The notes under the pieces: model-generated
What the model saw: the letters and a program-made list of their open reading frames with translations, nothing else
Told to the model about the DNA's origin: nothing
Database searches by the model: none
Part shown: piece after piece, positions 1 through 10,232 of the stretch
Layout: each line of letters begins with the position of its first letter
Position numbering within the stretch: position 1 is the stretch's first letter
Program-made: the position numbers and the translations under genes
Origin: an uncultured Dehalococcoidia bacterium
Lineage (GTDB): Bacteria; Chloroflexota; Dehalococcoidia; Lucifugimonadales; UBA3495
Direction of reading: 5' to 3'
DNA: 64,000 nt
Assembly (NCBI GenBank): GCA_950072105.1
Contig: CATMOE010000003.1
Location: 1-64,000 of the forward strand

Positions 1-173
1 TGGTCTCTTGAGTCGGGGTCTCTGCGGCTTGGCCTTGATCGATGTTGTTCTGAGACACTTCTGGCTCCTTTCTTGATGTGGATGATCTATACCCAACACC
101 AGGAGTCCAAACCCACCACCACTCTCATGTTTTTCTCCCCTTAAAAGTGTCCCATTATCGCTGAACGCCTACA
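1..173 (-). mobile_element. Probable insertion-sequence end with the start of a transposase-like ORF (GTG at 58, running off the window edge)
   Basis: Minus strand begins TGTAGGCGTTCAGCGATAATGGGACAC at 173 (TG-initiated, TIR-like). AAGGAG RBS precedes GTG TCT CAG AAC (MSQNNIDQGQAAETPTQET...). The same sequence supplies the stop codon of the adjacent pilin ORF. Confidence 0.5.
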
Positions 174-1113
174 GGTCCCAGGTTTCGGTAGTTTCATTGT
201 GGGCTTTGCTGATGCCAGTTCGGTCCATCTTTAAGGTCAGCGTTCCAGGAATATCCACGTTGGCGGATTCGATTTTGATGGTATGGGTTAGTGTGGTCAC
301 GCCTTCCTTTATGCCGGTGACCGGGCTGTTATCGGCATCGCTCGTGGCCGAGGTGTAGTCCGGCACTATTTCCCATTCGTGGGCCCTTCCGGTGGCTACA
401 ACATCGGCGTCGACACTGATTTCGTGGCCAGATCTCCAAGGATTATCAACGGCGAAGGTGATTTCCAGGGTGCCTACTACCGCACCGGCGGCTAGAGTCT
501 GGCCGCCGAATATCACGCCGGCGGGGATATGCGTTTGCAAAGTTTCAATCGCCGCCCGGCTTGCCGACATCTTCAAGCGGAACAACACATCCGGGTTACC
601 CAAAGGAGTCCGGTCGCTCAAGTTGATGTCCAGCCTGCTGTTCGCCGGCGGGGCGAAAGCGGCAGCGTCATCGGCGGGGAAGATTCTGCCGTTAGTCAAT
701 TCGATCCGGTAGTTCACCAGAGCTGCCGAGTCAGGTATATCCTTCAGAAAGTCTGGCGTGAAGTGCTTGCTGGGGTCTTGGGGCAACCGGGCGTCAAAAT
801 CGATTCCACGCACTCCTAAGTCCTCTTCGCCCTCGGGCAAAGATTCGACCGGGTAGGTTTCGGGGAATGAAGCGTTCAAGAAACGGTCGGCGGCCGTTTC
901 AATGACCTTGGTGTCGCTAACTATCTGGGCGTTTAGCCCGCTGGTTCCAAGACCCGTCACGGCTCCAGCGACCATTCCGGACAAAATTCCGATGATGGCC
1001 ATAACAGCCAACAGTTCGACCAAGGTAAAGCCCCGCGTCCCCCGTTTCAAGAAACGCGAAAACCCGATACGCATTTGTCCCGCGCCTGCTCTCAGGCGCA
1101 ACTTGACGCGCAT
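169..1113 (-). CDS. Large type IV pilin/pseudopilin-like protein with prepilin N-terminal methylation motif, probably 3'-truncated by the IS
   Basis: RG-FTLVELLAVMAIIGILSGMV class III signal; AGGAGG RBS before ATG 1113; stop lies inside the putative IS end. Confidence 0.75.
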   Translation of the reverse strand: MRVKLRLRAGAGQMRIGFSRFLKRGTRGFTLVELLAVMAIIGILSGMVAGAVTGLGTSGLNAQIVSDTKVIETAADRFLNASFPETYPVESLPEGEEDLGVRGIDFDARLPQDPSKHFTPDFLKDIPDSAALVNYRIELTNGRIFPADDAAAFAPPANSRLDINLSDRTPLGNPDVLFRLKMSASRAAIETLQTHIPAGVIFGGQTLAAGAVVGTLEITFAVDNPWRSGHEISVDADVVATGRAHEWEIVPDYTSATSDADNSPVTGIKEGVTTLTHTIKIESANVDIPGTLTLKMDRTGISKAHNETTETWDL

Positions 1114-1383
1114 GTCTGTGGTCCTCCTGCCCCACGGCTGCCTGAAGCTGTGTGCTGGGCAATGCCCGGGGCACCCAGCTACATTGTGCGGCAAAAATAC
1201 GATTAGGTAATCACCTCAAGTGGGTGATATTGAGGGTGAAAAATTGGCTAGCCCAGAGAGAAGTAAGCTGAATTTCTGTGCCCGCTACTTGTTACCTGTA
1301 GCAGGTCTTGATTACAACAGGCGTTACATATAGAATTAGCTGTTGCCGAAATTAGGCTATCCCAAGATTAGGAGGGCAGGTGA

Positions 1384-1749
1384 TTGAATGTACTAGGACT
1401 TCATCTCTTGCTGGAACTCAAAGACTGTAACCCAGTTCTACTGAACGACCTCGATTACATCCGCGAGGCGATGCACCTGACAGCTCGCAAGGTCGGCGCT
1501 CATGTTGTCGGCGAATCGTTCCACCACTTCAGCCCCCAAGGCGTCACTGGGATCCTGGCTATCGCAGAGTCACACATCTCCATACACACTTGGCCGGAGT
1601 ACGGATACGCCGCGGCAGATATCTTTGCATGCGGCTCATCTTTCGAACCCAAGGAAGCAGCGGAGTTGCTGGCTGCGCAGCTGGAATCCAAGGACCCGGA
1701 TATAACGGAGATTCAGAGGGGTATGGTGCCCACCACGGCCGTAAGTTAG
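1384..1749 (+). CDS. speD: S-adenosylmethionine decarboxylase proenzyme
   Basis: AESHISIHTWPE pyruvoyl autocleavage motif; adjacent to speE. Confidence 0.95.
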   Translation: MNVLGLHLLLELKDCNPVLLNDLDYIREAMHLTARKVGAHVVGESFHHFSPQGVTGILAIAESHISIHTWPEYGYAAADIFACGSSFEPKEAAELLAAQLESKDPDITEIQRGMVPTTAVS

Positions 1750-1766
1750 CAGACCAACCGAGGGGT

Positions 1767-2678
1767 ATGGGTTTATCCGGAAAATGGTATCTGGAGACAA
1801 TTTTCCCGGACCTGACAGTGATGCTTCAGGTGCGGGAAGTTCTTCATTCGGGACATACTGCCTACCAGCAGGTCGAGGTGCTTGAATCCGAGACCTTCGG
1901 CCGTAGCCTGGTGTTGGATGGAAAAACCCAGTCTACCGAACGAGACGAATTCGTTTATCACGAAGCTCTCGTCCATCCCGCCATGTGTTTCCACCCGGGG
2001 CCGCGCACGATTTTCATCGGGGGCGGAGGCGAGGGGGGAACGTTGCGGGAAATCCTGGCCCACCGTTCGGTCGAGCGGGTGGTTATGTTGGACTTGGATC
2101 AGGAAGTTGTGGAGCTATGCCGGCGGTTTTTGCCGCACCACCATCAGGGTAGTTTTGACGACCCACGGCTTGATCTCCGTCACGAGGACGCCAGGGCATT
2201 CTTGGAGAACACTCAGGAAAGCTTCGACGTAATGATCATGGATCTGGTCGACCCACTGGAAGGCGGGACGGCCTACAAACTTTACACAGAAGAGTACTAC
2301 CAGATCGCTAAGTCCCGGTTGAACCCTGGTGGGATCATGGTCACCCAGTCCGGTCCAGCCGGGCTGCTTAGCTACCAGGAATGTTTCACGACCATACACA
2401 ATACATTAGAGGGTGTGTTCGACCGGGTGATTCCCTCCCATGTCCACGTGCCGGCTTTCCAAACCATGTGGGGAATGATATTGGCATCGGACTCACCTCT
2501 GGACCAACTCGACAACGATCAGGTGGACACACGGATCGCGGAGCGGGTTACAAAAGAGCTGGGATTCTATGATGGGGAAACCCACCGGAACATGTTCTCT
2601 TTGCCCAAGTACCTTCGCAAGGGGCTGGCGGAAGAGAGCCGGATTAACCGGGATGCCAACCCCGTGTTCATGGTTTAA
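1767..2678 (+). CDS. speE: Polyamine aminopropyltransferase (spermidine synthase)
   Basis: LVLDGKTQS, YHEALVHP and IGGGGEGG motifs; start trimmed to ATG 1767. Confidence 0.93.
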   Translation: MGLSGKWYLETIFPDLTVMLQVREVLHSGHTAYQQVEVLESETFGRSLVLDGKTQSTERDEFVYHEALVHPAMCFHPGPRTIFIGGGGEGGTLREILAHRSVERVVMLDLDQEVVELCRRFLPHHHQGSFDDPRLDLRHEDARAFLENTQESFDVMIMDLVDPLEGGTAYKLYTEEYYQIAKSRLNPGGIMVTQSGPAGLLSYQECFTTIHNTLEGVFDRVIPSHVHVPAFQTMWGMILASDSPLDQLDNDQVDTRIAERVTKELGFYDGETHRNMFSLPKYLRKGLAEESRINRDANPVFMV

Positions 2679-2865
2679 TCCCCAAGCCGCCGATCACACC
2701 CCGATCGCCCCACCAAATCCCTGCTGTCACCATCCCGCTATTTCATTGCGCCTGAGCCTTGTTTGTCTGCCATAGATTCCGTTGATCTTTTGTTTTCGTG
2801 CGATCAGCAAATTGGGCGAAAAGCGGCGTTCGTAAAATCTGCTACAAGGCGTACAATCGGTAACC

Positions 2866-4341
2866 ATGTCGACTGAGACCGGCAAACCGCTTGGTGATGA
2901 GACATCCGCTGATTGGAACACGTGGGGCGGCCGGATGACAGGATTGGCTGCCGGGCTGGGAATGTTTTTGACGTCCCTGGACATAGCGGTAAACGTGGCC
3001 CTCCCGTTAATCACCAGGGAGTTTGGCACCGACTACCAGACCGTACAGTGGATCATCATCGTATTCATCGCGACCAGGGCCGGATTGGTATTGGGCGCAG
3101 GCAGCTTTGCCGACCGGTTCGGCCTTCGCCAAGTTTATCTGCTGGGCGCGGCCGCCTATCTGGCGGCCATGATTTGTATCGCCCTGTCACCCAACTTTGG
3201 GATAGCGGTGGGATTCCGAGTGCTTCAGGCCCTGGGTACCGGCTGTCTATTTGCGGCGTCGCCGGCCATCGCCGCCCGATTATTCCCGATGTCCCGACGC
3301 GGGTTGAGCATGGGCTTGACGACCGGGAGTCAAGCGTTGGGGATGCTGGCGGGAACCTTGGGCGCCGGTCTGCTGGTGGGGTGGTTCGGATGGCAGGCGG
3401 TTTTCCTGGGGCGTGTGCCTTTCGCGTTGTTGGCCTTGCTTCTAGGCGTTATTTGCCTAAAACGGAGCGAGAGTTCAGCCTCGCGCCAGTCCTTTGACGC
3501 CACGGGGGCGCTCACCTTGTTCGGTGTCATGCTGTGTCTGATGATCGGGTTGAGGTTGGGGCGCTCGATAGGCTGGACATCGCCGGTAGTGATGGCGTTA
3601 TTGGCGTTTGCTCCCCTGTTCTTCGCGGCTTTCTTGTGGATCGAAAAACGGGCCGCCTGGCCGATCATTCCTGGCGCACTGGTTCGAGCGCGGGGGGTTG
3701 TGGTCTCGAGCATGGCCATGTTCCTGTCTCATTTTGGCGCGTTCGTCATATGGTTTATTTTCCCCTTCTATGTCGTAGAGAGCTTGGGTTACGGCGCTTT
3801 TATTTTAGGAGTGATGCTGGCGGTAATGGCCGCGGCCAATACCGTGTTTTCCTCCACCGGCGGTTGGCTGTGCGACCGGGCCGGGACGACCGTTATTGGG
3901 ACGATAGGACTGACCGTCCTTTCCGGAGGGTTGCTACTGATGGGGTTCTTGGACGCCCAATCTAGTTTGGCGCAAGTGGGATTGCGCATCGCCCTGGTTG
4001 GCGCGGGGACAGGGCTATTTCAGGCGGCGGCGTTCACGTTGATGATGAGCAGTGTTCCGGCAGACCGGTTCGGCACCGCCGGGGCCGCGTTATCCCTAGC
4101 CCAAGCCATGGGCACTGTGCTCTCGGTGGCGGTAACCGGCGGACTTTTCGCGTTGAGCATCGACTACCATCTGGGGGTCCTGGGAGGCAACGGTTTGGAG
4201 GCAGCGGACGGCCAGGCCAGGGCCTTCGTGCTCGCATACCGGGACGTATTTTGGCTGGGCGCCGTGATTACCATATTGGGGGCGGGGGTATTTCTAATAG
4301 GCCGCCGCCGCCAAGCCTCGGAAGCCGGTGCGCCGCTATAA
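2866..4341 (+). CDS. MFS transporter (DHA2/EmrB-like)
   Basis: About 14 hydrophobic helices; GSFADRFGLR motif A. Confidence 0.9.
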   Translation: MSTETGKPLGDETSADWNTWGGRMTGLAAGLGMFLTSLDIAVNVALPLITREFGTDYQTVQWIIIVFIATRAGLVLGAGSFADRFGLRQVYLLGAAAYLAAMICIALSPNFGIAVGFRVLQALGTGCLFAASPAIAARLFPMSRRGLSMGLTTGSQALGMLAGTLGAGLLVGWFGWQAVFLGRVPFALLALLLGVICLKRSESSASRQSFDATGALTLFGVMLCLMIGLRLGRSIGWTSPVVMALLAFAPLFFAAFLWIEKRAAWPIIPGALVRARGVVVSSMAMFLSHFGAFVIWFIFPFYVVESLGYGAFILGVMLAVMAAANTVFSSTGGWLCDRAGTTVIGTIGLTVLSGGLLLMGFLDAQSSLAQVGLRIALVGAGTGLFQAAAFTLMMSSVPADRFGTAGAALSLAQAMGTVLSVAVTGGLFALSIDYHLGVLGGNGLEAADGQARAFVLAYRDVFWLGAVITILGAGVFLIGRRRQASEAGAPL

Positions 4342-4896
4342 GGTGACGCGGGTCTGGGAGTCGTAGTCGCCACGGATTATCCCGTAATACATAATGTCCT
4401 CAAAGTCGCCCCACTTTTTGTGGTGCTTCCTAAAACAACCCTCATAGGTCATCCCCGACTTTTGCATCACCCGCCCGGAAGCCGGGTTGCGGGTAAAATG
4501 GCCCGCGAAAATACGTTGCAGGCCCAGAACCTCAAAGCCATATTTTATGCCCGCCTGAGTGGCTTCGGTGGCATAGCCCATGTTCCAAAAGGGCTTTCCG
4601 ATCCAGTACCCTAGCTCTCCATGTTCGTCGGACTGGTTGGTTCTGAGGGTAATGTTGCCAACGAGGGAGCCGTCAGCCCTGAGGGCGATGGCGAAGTTAA
4701 TCTGTTCACCACGATCGAATTGGCCTTGATGAGTTCCTATCCACTCCTCCGCCATCCCATCTTCGTAGAGATGAGGGATCAGGAGTGTGGTCGACGCGAT
4801 GTCCCGGTCCCCGGCCATTCGATGGACGTCAGGTGCGTCGGCTAGGGTGAAGGGCCGGAGAATCAGTCGGGCTGAGGTTGTCGTCGGTTGTTCCAT
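4336..4896 (-). CDS. GNAT N-acetyltransferase (RimJ/RimL family)
   Basis: RLILRPF, ELGYWIG, NPASGRVMQKSG. Confidence 0.9.
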   Translation of the reverse strand: MEQPTTTSARLILRPFTLADAPDVHRMAGDRDIASTTLLIPHLYEDGMAEEWIGTHQGQFDRGEQINFAIALRADGSLVGNITLRTNQSDEHGELGYWIGKPFWNMGYATEATQAGIKYGFEVLGLQRIFAGHFTRNPASGRVMQKSGMTYEGCFRKHHKKWGDFEDIMYYGIIRGDYDSQTRVTL

Positions 4897-5077
4897 CTGT
4901 TGACCTGACGGGCCCGAGGCATTAGTATTCAGACTTCAGCGACCGGTTGTGGGCCGCTCCTTCAGCGACCCCCTTCGATTTATCGAGGCCGGCCGCTCCT
5001 TTTTTGGCTTTTTCCGATTATTTCCAGCTATCAGTTTAACTCGCGTCGCGGGATTGTGGTGCCTTGGGAGGGCCGGG

Positions 5078-5118
5078 CACCCCCATCCTAACCTTCCCCC
5101 ATCGAGGGGAAGGGATTT
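5078..5118 (+). repeat. REP-like palindromic repeat, family B (copy 1)
   Basis: CACCCCCATCCTAACCTTCCCCCATCGAGGGGAAGGGATTT; near-identical inverted copy at 59699-59740. Confidence 0.8.
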
Positions 5119-5139
5119 ATCGCCCCGGTTAAACGGGAG

Positions 5140-5712
5140 CTAATCTCCGGGGGCTTTTCCCGTTTGGTAGGTTAGCGCCGATGACGTTCCTTCGGGGAGT
5201 TCCACCTCAAGGGCCTGCAAGGCGTGGGCAAGAGTATGGTAGTAGCCGGAAACTACTAGAACGTCTACCACCCCGGCGTCGCCGACTTGGGACCGCAAGG
5301 CTTCGAAGGTGGCGTCGGAAACTCGGTGCTGACGCAGTAGTTCCAAGACGAACTGAACTACCACGGCGTCCTTAGCGTCCAAGCCGACGGGTGCGCGGAA
5401 CTCGTGGATGGCGCTGACGATGTCGTCGCTGATGCCCGCTTCCTTCGCGCCCCGCTGATTGACGGTCCAAACGTAGTGGCCGTGGGCCTCCCGGGCGGCG
5501 GTGAGGATGGCAAGCGTTTTCACTCTTAGGTCAAGAGGCGTTACATATCGGGCGTAGCCGCCCAAGCCGGCCAAAGCGTCGGCGGCTTCAGGGTTGGTCA
5601 ACAAAGCGGCGTAGTTCCTGGCGACGCCACCGCGGCTGGATTCTATCTCGTCCCAGATCTTTTGGCCTGACGGGGTCATGTTCTCTCTTGTGGCGAAAGG
5701 GACTCTGGCCAT
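5140..5712 (-). CDS. Carboxymuconolactone decarboxylase/AhpD-like protein
   Basis: MARVP start; LAILTAARE...YVW; VSDATF...GYY family pattern. Confidence 0.75.
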   Translation of the reverse strand: MARVPFATRENMTPSGQKIWDEIESSRGGVARNYAALLTNPEAADALAGLGGYARYVTPLDLRVKTLAILTAAREAHGHYVWTVNQRGAKEAGISDDIVSAIHEFRAPVGLDAKDAVVVQFVLELLRQHRVSDATFEALRSQVGDAGVVDVLVVSGYYHTLAHALQALEVELPEGTSSALTYQTGKAPGD

Positions 5713-5746
5713 TTCGGTTTCCTCCATAAAGATTGCTTCAGAACAC

Positions 5747-5784
5747 AAAAAGGCCGGGCCCCATGTTATTAGGACCCGGCCTTT
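5747..5784 (-). terminator. Intrinsic terminator after the Mo-hydroxylase gene
   Basis: AGGCCGGGTCCT...GGGGCCCGGCCT stem followed by a T-run on the minus strand. Confidence 0.6.
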
Positions 5785-5797
5785 GAACCGCGAGAGT

Positions 5798-8074
5798 TTA
5801 GTCGGCCGCCTGTGCGCCTTCTTTTTCCCAGATAGCTTCCAGGACGGCGCCGGGAGACATGGGTAGCACATTCATCCGCACGCCGATGGCGTCGTGGATC
5901 GCGTTGGCGATGGCGGCCATGGGAGGCACTATTGGTATCTCACCCACGCCACGCACCCCGTAGGGGTGGCCGGGATTGGCGACCTCAACGATCACCGTGC
6001 TAATCATAGGTAGGTCTAGGCTGGTTGGCATCCGGTAGTCCAGGAAGCTGGAGTTGGCCATCTGGCCGTCCTCGTTGAAGAAGTACTCTTCGTTCAAGGC
6101 CCAACCGATGCCTTGGACCACTCCACCCTGCATCTGTCCTTCCACGTAACTGGGATGGATGGCCTTGCCGGCGTCTTGGATGGCGGTGTAGTCAAGAATG
6201 GTCACCTTTCCAGTCTCCGGGTCCACCTCAACGTCCACTATGTGAGTGCTGAAAGCACCGCCGGCTCCCTTGGGGTCTACGCTGACCTGGCTGGAGATGG
6301 GACCGCCGCTGCCGTTCAACTGGCCGGATAATTCCTTGAACGTCATCTTAAGGTCCGGGTCGGACTTGTGGCGGAACTCCCCATCCTCCAATTCCACATC
6401 GTCTGCCGAAACGTCCCAAATGGTCGCGGCCCGCTCAATCATTTTTTTCTTGATATCCTGGGCGCAGTCGTGAGCGGCCCAGCCCGTGGCAAAGGTTACC
6501 CGGCTGCCGCCGGTTAGGAAAGTATAACCAACGGAATCGGTATCTCCGACGGATGGGTGTACGTCCTCGGCGGCGATGCCCAAGACTTCAGCGGCCTGCA
6601 TGGCGATGGAGGCTCGGGTGCCGCCGATGTCGGTGGAGCCCTCGACAAGGGTGATGGTGCCGTCGTCGTTCACGCTGATCGAGCAACTGGATTGGAGGCC
6701 GATGTTGAACCAGAAGCCAGAGGCAACGCCCCGGCCACGGTTGGGGCCCTCCAGTTTCGATTTGTACTGAGCGGTATCCCGGGAGGCCTCCAGGCATTCT
6801 ACGTTGCCAACTTTGGGAAAGATTGGGCCGTCAACGCGTCTGGTGCCTTCCTTGGAGGCGTTGAGCAGGCGGAACTCGATGGGGTCCATGCCCAATTTCT
6901 GAGCGATCTCGTCGATGACAGCCTCTCCGGCGAAGGCGGCGTTGGGCGCGGCCGGGGCTCGGTAGGCGGCGGTCTTGGGCTTGTTGACCACCACGTCGTA
7001 GCCGTCCACCTTCATGTTTTCGATGTCATAAGGAGCAAAGATGCACTGAGCGCCCGCCCCCACCATCGCCCCGGGGTAGGCCCCTGCTTCGTAAGCTAGG
7101 TAGCCATCGGCGGCGACGAGTTTGCCGTCTTTCGTGGCTCCCATCTTCACTCTAATGTGGGTCCCAGAAGTGGGGCCGGTGGATTCGAAAACTTCGTCTC
7201 GGGACATAATTAACTTTACCGGCTGGCCGGTTTTCTGGGAGAGGAGGGCTGCCAGGGGCTCCAGGTAAATGGGAATCTTACCCCCGAAGCCGCCGCCGAT
7301 CTCCATGGGCACCACTTTGATTCTTGAAACCGGGACGTCTAGGACTCCGGCCAGGGCTTCCCGGGCGGTGAAGGAGCCTTGAGTGCTGGTCCATACAGTC
7401 AGGTTGCCATCGGCGTTCCACAGGGCGGCGGCATTCTGGGGTTCGATATAGCCTTGGTGAACGGTAGCGGTGGTGAATTCGCGCTCGACGATGACATCGG
7501 CTTTGGCGAACCCCGCTTCGATGTCACCCTGTTCAAAGCGCAGGTGAGAGGCGACGTTGCTAACCTTGTCTGTTCGCTCTCCCAATTCGGTGGTCGTAAC
7601 GTCGTCGTGGACCGGCTTGGCTCCATCCTTCATGGCCTGCTGTACGGTCATTAACGGAGGCAGCACTTCGTATTCCACGTTTATCAGTGAGGCTGCGGAT
7701 TCGGCGACGTGGGCATTGACCGCTGCCACGGCTGCTACGGGATGCCCTTTATAGAGGGCCTTCTCCCGGGCCATGACGTTGTCGCTGGCGAACCTGGCGG
7801 TCCGGCCCGGCGATTCCATCTTGGTTATCGGCATGTCTTGTCCGGTTATGACTGCCTTTACGCCGGGATAGGCCAGGGCTTTGCTGACGTCGATAGATTT
7901 AATCTTGGCGTGGGCATGGGGACTACGCAGTACTTTGCCGTGAAGGAGATCGGACGCCGAAAAGTCCGCTCCGTATTTGGCGCGCCCGGTCACTTTATCG
8001 GTGCCGTCATGCCTGATGGGCCGGGTCCCTACCACTTTGTATTCGGTGTTCGAGAGCACGATATTCGTGGCCAT
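5798..8074 (-). CDS. Xanthine dehydrogenase/aldehyde oxidoreductase family molybdopterin-binding (large) subunit
   Basis: KVTGRAKY, GGGFGGK, AYRAP, VEGQMQGG, RGVGE motifs. Confidence 0.92.
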   Translation of the reverse strand: MATNIVLSNTEYKVVGTRPIRHDGTDKVTGRAKYGADFSASDLLHGKVLRSPHAHAKIKSIDVSKALAYPGVKAVITGQDMPITKMESPGRTARFASDNVMAREKALYKGHPVAAVAAVNAHVAESAASLINVEYEVLPPLMTVQQAMKDGAKPVHDDVTTTELGERTDKVSNVASHLRFEQGDIEAGFAKADVIVEREFTTATVHQGYIEPQNAAALWNADGNLTVWTSTQGSFTAREALAGVLDVPVSRIKVVPMEIGGGFGGKIPIYLEPLAALLSQKTGQPVKLIMSRDEVFESTGPTSGTHIRVKMGATKDGKLVAADGYLAYEAGAYPGAMVGAGAQCIFAPYDIENMKVDGYDVVVNKPKTAAYRAPAAPNAAFAGEAVIDEIAQKLGMDPIEFRLLNASKEGTRRVDGPIFPKVGNVECLEASRDTAQYKSKLEGPNRGRGVASGFWFNIGLQSSCSISVNDDGTITLVEGSTDIGGTRASIAMQAAEVLGIAAEDVHPSVGDTDSVGYTFLTGGSRVTFATGWAAHDCAQDIKKKMIERAATIWDVSADDVELEDGEFRHKSDPDLKMTFKELSGQLNGSGGPISSQVSVDPKGAGGAFSTHIVDVEVDPETGKVTILDYTAIQDAGKAIHPSYVEGQMQGGVVQGIGWALNEEYFFNEDGQMANSSFLDYRMPTSLDLPMISTVIVEVANPGHPYGVRGVGEIPIVPPMAAIANAIHDAIGVRMNVLPMSPGAVLEAIWEKEGAQAAD

Positions 8075-8413
8075 GGCAACCACCTCACTTAGGGTATCGA
8101 AGGTCGATCAGGTCCCGTATTTGGGTTCCAAGAATTGTACCATATCTAGGCATGAAAATAGGGGGGTGAAGGAGATGATATGCCATGCCAAGTTTTGTGG
8201 TCTTGAAGCTGGGGGCTAAAAAAATACTAGGGCGATGAGTAAGCTCGGCGAGGCAAGGAATGGGAAAGCTGAGTGCTATAATGGCGCCGGAACTTGCAGA
8301 GTCGTTATTTGGTAGCTATCAGGTGGGGCATAGAAGGCTGAATCTCAGCCGCTGCACCGCTAGAAATGCTAAACAACGCCCCATTGCAATAAGCGCGAAT
8401 GTAGGAGAACGTC

Positions 8414-9073
8414 ATGGCGGACAAAAAAGGGACCGGATTATTGATGGTCTGGGCTGACATCCCGGCGGACAAAGAGGAAGATTTTAATAATTGGTATAAC
8501 ACCGAGCATCTGGCGGAGTTGCTGTCGCTGCCCGGAGTATTAAACGCAGCCCGGTACGAGGCGGTCAGCAGCGGTCCAAAGCACCTGGCCTGCTATGAGT
8601 TGGAAAACGCGGCGGTGATGGAAAGCGAGCATTTCAAAAGTCTGAAACGCACGGAATGGGGATCTCGAGTTTCTCCCAGCATCATCGGCACGAACTATAT
8701 CAGCAATACTTACGAGATGGTTCATCCCACCACGCTCTCGCCGGGAATAGCGGGCAGCGGTATGGCCAACGCCTTACAGATCGGTCGGATGGATATCGGG
8801 CCGGAGAACGAAGAGGAGTGGAACCGCTGGTATAGCGGGATCTACGTGCCCAACTACGAGAAGGTGCCGGGAGTGATTCGGGGCCGCCGCTGGAAGGCTA
8901 CTCGGGGATCGCCGGCGTACGCCGTGGTCTACGAATTTGAGAATGAGAACGTCTCTTCTACTCCGGAATGGGAGGCACAGCGAGACGCGGACCCAAGCAC
9001 CGCCCGGATCCGTCCGATGATGACCCATGCTCCCGGTTCCCCCGGGATCTGGCGGAAAACCTTCGAACTCTAG
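8414..9073 (+). CDS. Tandem EthD/DUF4286-like dimeric alpha-beta barrel protein
   Basis: Two repeats of EE-(F/W)N-WY...PGV...R. Confidence 0.65.
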   Translation: MADKKGTGLLMVWADIPADKEEDFNNWYNTEHLAELLSLPGVLNAARYEAVSSGPKHLACYELENAAVMESEHFKSLKRTEWGSRVSPSIIGTNYISNTYEMVHPTTLSPGIAGSGMANALQIGRMDIGPENEEEWNRWYSGIYVPNYEKVPGVIRGRRWKATRGSPAYAVVYEFENENVSSTPEWEAQRDADPSTARIRPMMTHAPGSPGIWRKTFEL

Positions 9074-9233
9074 GCTGCCGGGCGAGTCCGGTTGGGCCTG
9101 TTTGGTGGTACCCTGGGGGTATGAACTACTCTGTGTCTCCGGCCCTTCGCCTCTGGCATTGGCTAAATGATGCTGAGGTCATCGGCATAAGTAGGCAAAC
9201 GGTAACCTCCTGGCTCCTCTTGGAGGTCGTTTA

Positions 9234-10166
9234 GTGACCGTCGCCGCACATGACAACCAGGGCCTGATGAATAACCACGGGCGGGCCGCCAGCCGCCGGA
9301 ATCTGACCATTGCCTTGGGACTGACTGTTGGCTATACGGTGGTGGAGTTGGCCGGCGGGTTTCTGGCCAATAGCCTATCTTTGCTGGCAGACGCCGGACA
9401 CATGATCACCGATGCCGGGGCCATTGGGTTGGCGCTTCTGGCGATGTGGATCGCCGGCAGACCTGCCTCCATCGAGCGGACTTTCGGTCTGCACCGCACC
9501 GAGGTCCTTGCCGCGTTGGCCAACGCTTTAGCATTGTGGCTGATCGCCGGGTGGATATTTTTCGAGGCTTACCGGCGCTTCCTAGACGTTCCCGCCGTCG
9601 ACGGCCGCCTTATGTTAATAGTTGGTGGAGTGGGCTTGGTGGTTAACGTGGCCGCGGCAGCGGTCCTAAGGCCATCCGCCAAGGAAAGCCTGAACGTGGA
9701 AGGGGCTTTCTTGCACGTAGTTTCCGACGTTCTGGGATCGATCGCGGTGATTGGCGCCGGCTTGCTGATCTTAACCACGGGTTGGGCGATGGCAGACCCA
9801 ATATTCGGAGCGGTCATCGGCCTGCTGATAGTGATAAGTTCCGCCCGCCTATTGTGGAAGGTGCTTCATGTGCTGATGGAAGGCACTCCCGCCCATCTGG
9901 ACCTGCATGGATTGTGTCAACGTTTGGAGAAATTGGACGGAATCACTGGGGTCCACGACATCCACGCCTGGTCGATAACCACCGGCTACGATGCCTTGAG
10001 CGCCCATGTAACCGCCGACGCGGCTGCCCTGAACAACCCCGGACAAGTCCTGGAACGGCTACGAAACATCGCATCCCAGGAGTTCGGCATATCCCACGTG
10101 ACCATACAGCTAGAGGCCTCCGAAGATGGTTGTGTTGAAGACCACCATATCGCGCATCCGGGATAA
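9234..10166 (+). CDS. Cation diffusion facilitator (CzcD/ZitB-like)
   Basis: SLSLLADAGHMITD, FLHVVSD, VHDIHAW, HVTIQLE. Confidence 0.92.
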   Translation: MTVAAHDNQGLMNNHGRAASRRNLTIALGLTVGYTVVELAGGFLANSLSLLADAGHMITDAGAIGLALLAMWIAGRPASIERTFGLHRTEVLAALANALALWLIAGWIFFEAYRRFLDVPAVDGRLMLIVGGVGLVVNVAAAAVLRPSAKESLNVEGAFLHVVSDVLGSIAVIGAGLLILTTGWAMADPIFGAVIGLLIVISSARLLWKVLHVLMEGTPAHLDLHGLCQRLEKLDGITGVHDIHAWSITTGYDALSAHVTADAAALNNPGQVLERLRNIASQEFGISHVTIQLEASEDGCVEDHHIAHPG

Positions 10167-10232
10167 TCTAGGAGCCGGCGGCAGGACATGACGTCAAAGC
10201 CGAAATTGAGCATTCATGACTGTGAGAAACCG

